Shown: piece after piece, positions 58,611 through 64,000 of the stretch
Position numbering within the stretch: position 1 is the first letter of the stretch
Layout of the letters: each line of letters begins with the position of its first letter
Assembly (NCBI GenBank): GCA_004431415.1
Contig: QPMI01000477.1
Location: 647,618 to 711,617 of the forward strand
Direction: 5' to 3'
Source of the DNA: Cyanophora paradoxa CCMP329
Taxonomy: Eukaryota; Plantae; Glaucophyta
DNA length: 64,000 nt
The notes under the pieces: model-generated
The model's input: the letters and a program-made list of their open reading frames with translations, nothing else
What the model was told of the DNA's origin: nothing
The model's database searches: none
Program-made: the position numbers and the translations under genes

Positions 58611-59802
58611 TTAGCGTCCGCCGCTGCCGCTGCCGCTGCCGCTGCCGCTGCCGCCGCCGCTGCCGCTGCCGCCGCCGCTGCCGCCGCCGCCGAGGAGGGC
58701 GTTTGCCGCTTGCTCGTACATTGCCGCCTTGCGCGCGCTGGTCTCGCGGAGGAGGGTGGCCTGCGCGGTCTCGGTGCCCTTCACGAGAGCCTGGAAGGCG
58801 GTTTGAATCGTGGTCTGGCTGCGCTCACCGGTGCCTGCCATTCCGGCGACGGTTCCCAGGCCCCGCAGCCCCGCAATCGAGCCTAACGTTGCGGTATCCG
58901 CATAGGGTCGGCTTCCTACGGCCGGATTCACGACGGCCGGCAGCAGGTTCTGGTCCGCGTACGGCGTCGCCGTCGCCAGCGCGGGCCCGCGCGTGCCGAC
59001 CTGATCCATGAGCATCGCCCCGAACGGGTTGCCCCGGCTGAAGTCCACGTCGTTGCGCCCGTAGGGCTTGTTGACGGCGCTGCTGATGTTGGCCGTCTGC
59101 GCGTTGAACATGGGCGAGAGGTCGGGGTGTAGCCCGCGCGCAGCCCCTGGGGTTCTCCGTCGTCTGCCCGTAGCGGCCGGCCGGCCGAGCAGGTTCTCCT
59201 TCTCGATCTCTTCCATCGTCTTGATCCAGCCGCGCTCGCGCGCCCACTTCATGACGAGATCATCGTAGTTCATCGGGAAGAAAACCTTCTGGTACTTGTC
59301 GAAGCGCTGAATTTCGATATCCTGCTCGATCATGTTTGTAATTCGCTCCAGCAGCTCGGGGTAATATTCCTCGAGCATTTTGGCGACGCCCGGCTGCTTC
59401 AGGTCGAAGGCCGTCATCGCCCACTGGTCGAAATCGCGAATCATGATTTCCTTCCGCAGCACGAACGCATTCTCGACGTCCTCCTCGCTGATCTGTCGGC
59501 TGGGGTAGGTGTTCTGCAGCTGCTGTCGGATGCCCATGCGCATCAGCTTCTCCATGGAGGGCGTGTACTTCATCGCGGGCAGGGTCTTCGTATTCCCCCG
59601 CTGAGCCCCAGGCCACGTGCCTGATCCTCGGCGTGTAGACGTCCGCCTTTGTCCCATCTACGACGGGCACCTCGGGCATGACCGTGCCCGGAAGGAACTT
59701 GTTCACGATGCCGTCCATGTCGGCCTTCAGGTCGTTCTTCAGCGACTGGCGCTGCTTCTTAGAGCCCTCCCCAATGTCCATCATAGAGTGGCCCTTCGTC
59801 AT
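58611..59802 (-). CDS. Putative virion protein next to MCP, with Gly/Ser tail
   Basis: ORFs 59260-59802 and 58611-59657 join at a homopolymer near 59597. Core RDFDQWAMTAFDLKQPGVAKMLEEYYPELLER. Confidence 0.6.
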
Positions 59803-59881
59803 CGTGCCTCGGTTAGGATCCCAGTGGGAAAATTTATTGGTTCACATCGGCCTACCAAGCACACCCTGGCTAACAAGCAAT

Positions 59882-61264
59882 CTAATGGAAGCGGCGGTAG
59901 GCGCCGCCGTTGGTGAAGGTGATCTCGTTGTAGTAGCGGCAGTAGATGTCGGCCACGGGCAGGTTGGGTGCCGTGTAGGTCTTGAGCGTGGTGAGCGTGA
60001 GCTCGATGGTCTTGAAGGCGCCCATGTCGAGGCCGCCGAACATCTTGGTGTTGTCCGCCACGTCCGTGCCGAAGGGGAGCGAGTAGATGAACTCCGTCCC
60101 GAACTGGCCCACGTTGCGGGGCTGGATATCGCTGCTGTGGGCGTCGTGGGCCGCAAGGGTCACGTTCCCCGTGGTCCCGGCACGTTATCGTGCCCGACCA
60201 CGGGTGCGGGTGCAGCGCGTCGGCCACGTCGGCGGCCGCCGTCCCGTCCATCGAGGTCACGCCCCGCAGCAGCTCGAGGTGCTTGCGCGTGGGGCGTGCG
60301 TGTGCTCCTTGTGCGCGATGGCCGTGCGCAAAAAGTGCGCATCGTGGTTCGAGCTGTCGACCACCTTGATGTTGTCGCACTTCAGCTCGATCTTGTCGAG
60401 CGGGCGGAAGCGCCAGAAGTGCTCGCCGTTGTCGGTGTGCGGCTTGTCGCGCACCACCACGATCAGCTCGTAGCAGATCCCCGTGAAGGGCAGGCGGATG
60501 GCGGCGCCCGACGTGAACTGGACGTGGTAGTGCTGCACGTACTTGCCGGCCCACGTGAACGAGTTCGGGTGCAGCGCCAGCTCGCGCGAGTCGATGTGCA
60601 CGTAGCGCAGGATGAGCTTGGTGTCCAGGCTGACGCTGCTCGTCAGGCTGGTGTTCGTGTGCAGGCCGCCGTCCACGAAGGAGGCCGTCACCTCCTTCTG
60701 CGACGCAAAGGTGATCTGCAGCTTCATCTCGTTGCCGGTCCGCGGATCTTGTGGAGGGGCACGGCGAACTTTCGACCGAAGCCCGTCGCGATGCGGATCG
60801 GCACGTACAGCGTGTTCGGGCCTTGCCCGGCGGCGCAGCGGCTGGTGCGCCCAGAGGTTGTTCACCATGTCGACGTGCTCGGTGACGGACTTGTCGTCCT
60901 CGAACTCGCCGTAGATGGCGTCGTGGTGGCCGTCGTACTCGTGGATCAGCTGCGTGCCCACGAAGATCTTCACCTTCTTGAGCAGCACGTAGCCGGCCTT
61001 CGGGATGTAGAAGTGGTCGGCGTTCGTCAGCGCCGGCAGCGTCACCCGGAGCCAGGCGTCGTTGAACATCGGCGCCGAGTGCGGGATGACGATGTCGACG
61101 GTCTGGCCGAAGGTGACGCCCGACTGCACGGGGCTCACCTCGAGCACCTCGTCCACGAACGGCATCGCCGTGTCGAAGGTCTCGTGCACGTGCACCGACG
61201 CGTCGGAGCTGCGCAGCGAGTGGTGCAGGGCGGTCGTGGGGGTGGAGATGAGCGCGGAAGCCAT
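59882..61264 (-). CDS. Double-jelly-roll major capsid protein (nucleocytovirus type)
   Basis: FGQTVDIVIP, AWLRVTLPAL, GYVLLKKVKIFVGTQLIHEY, LYVPI, FIYSLPF, GGLDMG and C-terminal YYNEITFTNGG align with NCLDV MCP landmarks. About 460 aa once several 1-nt shifts are corrected. Confidence 0.9.
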
Positions 61265-61314
61265 GGTGGTTTAGGGATGCGTTGAGAAAATTTTTTGGGT
61301 GGACGCCTACGTTA

Positions 61315-63256
61315 TTAGAGGGCGCGGCCCCGTCGCGCCAGGTCCGCGTCGTACGCCTTCTTGCGGAGTGCGTCCGTGATCGCAGACCAGTCGCGTGTGC
61401 CGTTAAGATAACCCAGGGCAAGTCCTTGGCCCAACATGAAGTAACGCTCTGGATCCAAGTTCATGAGTTGCTGGGCCCGCTCCTCTACGCGCCGCACACG
61501 CTCCATAAAGGGGCCCTTTGCCGCAGATCCGAGCGGGTCCGCTTCTCGCTCAGCTTCGAAGAATTTCACGACATCCCCGCCCAGGTCCGAAATATCACGG
61601 TGCTGCTCTGCTATCCGTGCCTGTGCCTTGTTGACTCCAGCTGCCTGGGCTTGGGCTATCGATGCCAGTTGGTTGTAATCGATTTCTTCTGCAAGGTATT
61701 TCGCAACGGCGGCGTCCCCTGCAGCGCGCGCGATTTCGGGCGATACGCTCACAAGGAATCCCTCCGGCGAGCCCGATTGGCCGCGCGCTCCGCTTCCGCC
61801 TCCTCGTCCATGGGATCGTCTGGACTGGCTGGATTGCCTGGAGCACCGGAGCGAATTTTCTTCAGCAGCCCCGCACGGCGAGCTTCTGTCGCCTCTTTCA
61901 CCTTCTTGGCGGCCAGTTCAAGCGCATCGTTTAAGTCCATCGTCGTATACCCGGGTCTCCGCCCCGTATCCTTGTACGCGGCCCTGCGCTTGTCCATGGC
62001 TTCCATCTCGCGCGGGGACGAGGGGGCGATTTCTATCCCGCGTTTGCGAGTTGAGCCTGGACGGCGACGGGCACCCGCTCGAGCACGGCCCTTGCCGCCG
62101 CAACGGCCACCGCCTCGGCCGCCACCACCTCTGGCGGGCGCGAGGGCCCCGCCTGTGGCTCGGGCGGCGGCGGGGGTGGCGGCGGGGCGGCGGCGGGGGC
62201 TGCTGCTCCGCTGGGGGCGCCGACGGCCGGCCACCGTGTCCGGGGCTGCGAGGGCCGGGCTGCGGCTGCAGCGGTGGCGTCTTCGGCCCGGGGGGCGGAG
62301 GCGGCGGAGGCGGAGGCCCCGGAGGCGGGGCCCCCCCTTCGTTGTCGGAGTCTGACTCGATCATTTCGTCTCTGGGTTCCTTGGATGGCAGGGCCTTCTG
62401 AATGAGGGCCTCGCGCGCGCCCTTGCCCGCCTTGATTGCTCTGCCCATGGCCGCCTCCGGGAAACTGGCCTCGATGGCCTCGTTGTCCCCGTCCGTGATG
62501 CGCACCTTCTGCTCGCGGCGGGCCTTGATGTACTGTTCCTTGTCCATCCGCTTCTTCGCCCGCCTTTTCTCCCTGGGTACGTCGCGCTGGCGGCTCTCGT
62601 CCGGCCCGGCCCCTCGCTGTCCGAGCTCGAGGGCGGCTCGGCCTGGGCGAAGGGCTGGCGCGTGTTGCGGTTCGTCCAGTCGGGTCGTACTTCCTCCGAT
62701 CAGCTCCTCGGGCTTCTTGTTCTCGCGCGCGTAGATGCTCGTGGGCTTGAACTCCTCGCCGTTGATGATGTACTTGTAGTAGTAGTACGCGTCCTCGAGG
62801 TTCATCGGCCCAGCGTCTCGAGGCGCTTCTTGCGCTTCAGGAATTCGGTGATCTGATCTCCTTCGACTTGCAGAACTCCCGCACGCCCGGCAGCACCGTC
62901 AGGTTCTTGCCGTCCACGTCGCAGGCGCCCGCTCCCTTGGCCTTCAGGTTCGCGTGAAGGCCGACTGGCCCATCAGCCAGGCGCGGAGCCCTCCTCGTAC
63001 TCCTCGTCGAGGCTCGACTCCATCTGCTGGAACTTGTTGATGTAGTACGCGTTGGCGATGGCCTGCGCTCCACCTCGGCGAGCTTGTCCGATTGATCGCG
63101 CTCCTCGAACCGAATTTCCGGCGTGGCCTCGCCAGCGCCGTCTTCATCAGCTGCTGAAAGTGCGCGTACTTGTCGCTCTCGAAGGGCGTGATGTGCGGTC
63201 CCGCCCCCGGATCGCGAGCACGTTGCGCGGCGCGAAACGCGAGGCGAGCCCCTCAT
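61315..63256 (-). CDS. Large putative structural protein (multiple frameshifts)
   Basis: Consecutive minus-strand fragments: YYINKFQQMESSLDEEYEEGLRAWLMG, NLTVLPGVREFC, PMNLEDAYYYYKYIING, poly-Pro, coiled-coil C-terminus. May be more than one gene. Confidence 0.5.
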
Positions 63257-63407
63257 TTGCACTTCTTAGGAGCCGGCTTTGAAATTTATCGGTCTTGGCC
63301 TTGTCTTCCTTCCGTCCTTCTTCTCGGCCCCTTCTTCCCCTGCTTCGTCGGGCGCATCGCCACGAATATTTCGCCGGGCGAGACGTCCTCGTACAGCGGC
63401 TTCGGTC

Positions 63408-63522
63408 CTTAGAAATTCGGGCGGCCCTTCAGCTTCTCCTTCGCCTCCTTCACCTCCGCCTTGTGGGCCGCTCTGCCGTTCGTGGGCGCCTTTTTCGCGG
63501 GCTTCTTCTGCGCCTCCGGCAT
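63408..63522 (-). CDS. Short Lys-rich viral protein (may extend by frameshift)
   Basis: MPEAQKKPAKKAPTNGRAAHKAEVKEAKEKLKGRPNF; upstream ATATTTTTCT. Confidence 0.35.
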
Positions 63523-64000
63523 GTTTACCCATCACCAGAAAAATATGGGTTGGCGCCCCGTACGTCTCGGGGAACTGCTCTCCACTGCGCTCGGCGCGTC
63601 CTCTGGTCGCGAAGCTACGGTAGGCCGCGGCCTCTGCCCCATCACGATTTGCCAGAGCCGTGCACGACTCGTCCTGCGTCTGTACACCAATCGCGAATGT
63701 TCTCGACGATATCCGTCGGCAGCGTGGCCACCGCTTGATCTCGGGTAATCCGTGGATCTCTCGAGCGTAAGCTTCTGCATCGAGCGCGCAGCATTCATTT
63801 GCGTATCGATTGGGGCCCAATAGGGATAGATCGAGACATCGGGGTACGGGGTCACTGAGAATTACACTGGTCGGAAGAGGAGGTACCCACAGGATCCCCG
63901 CTATAATCCAGAGGGGCGACCAGTCGCGCTCCGCCGGCGCGCCCCCGGCGTCACCATCAGCTGCCCCGCCCCGGGCCTGCGCAGGCCGTGCGTGCGGTGG

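Larger units (their letters stand above)
41100..64000. mobile_element. Endogenous small nucleocytovirus-related virus (Yaravirus/mriyavirus-like provirus); continues beyond the window end
   Basis: Compact gene array with NCLDV-type DJR MCP, DUF5767-like protein, SSB, YqaJ nuclease, SF3 helicase, a shared upstream motif and an origin-like repeat region, adjacent to host genes. The left boundary is approximate. Confidence 0.85.

Noticed and set aside
58619-58690. Poly-Ala ORF on the + strand
   Set aside because: It is the antisense of the Gly/Ser tail of the minus-strand gene.
56597-63256. Pseudogenisation or programmed frameshifting of MCP, SSB and neighbours
   Set aside because: The shifts are 1-nt indels, mostly in homopolymers, and also occur in host genes, so long-read error is more likely. 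Decay cannot be excluded without polishing.
41100-64000. Polinton/Maverick, PLV or virophage assignment
   Set aside because: No pPolB, rve integrase, tyrosine recombinase, protease or TIR is seen in the window, and the MCP has NCLDV-type motifs.

Overview
GC-rich eukaryotic nuclear DNA with short GT/GC-AG introns. The host is probably a glaucophyte such as Cyanophora, inferred from an MSAFV...FEVVA plastid transit peptide; this is not confirmed. The host part (1 to ~40.9 kb) holds a plastid-targeted HAT/TPR-repeat gene (-), a head-to-head riboflavin kinase gene (+), and one ~28 kb multi-exon gene (-) for a giant single-pass surface protein (lectin-like, PKD, IPT/TIG, Cys-rich, filamin/Big-like and REJ domains, a Ser/Pro/Thr stalk, TM helix). 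From ~41.1 kb to the window end lies a gene-dense endogenous small dsDNA virus of the nucleocytovirus-related Yaravirus/mriyavirus type. It encodes an NCLDV-type double-jelly-roll major capsid protein, a DUF5767-like membrane protein, an OB-fold SSB, a YqaJ exonuclease, a D5-like SF3 helicase and a GNAT. Notable features of the element: 14 host-style spliceosomal introns confined to three adjacent non-structural genes; a W-rich ATTTTCT motif just upstream of ~18 genes; a candidate origin/enhancer at 54.6-56.5 kb (large inverted repeats, TGACG iterons, phased TAGTACTAC nonamers, AT-rich core); 3' hairpins; and a ~29-aa motif shared by two divergent genes. Many single-base frameshifts occur in both host and viral genes and look like long-read consensus errors. 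Family assignments come from motif recognition, not database searches.
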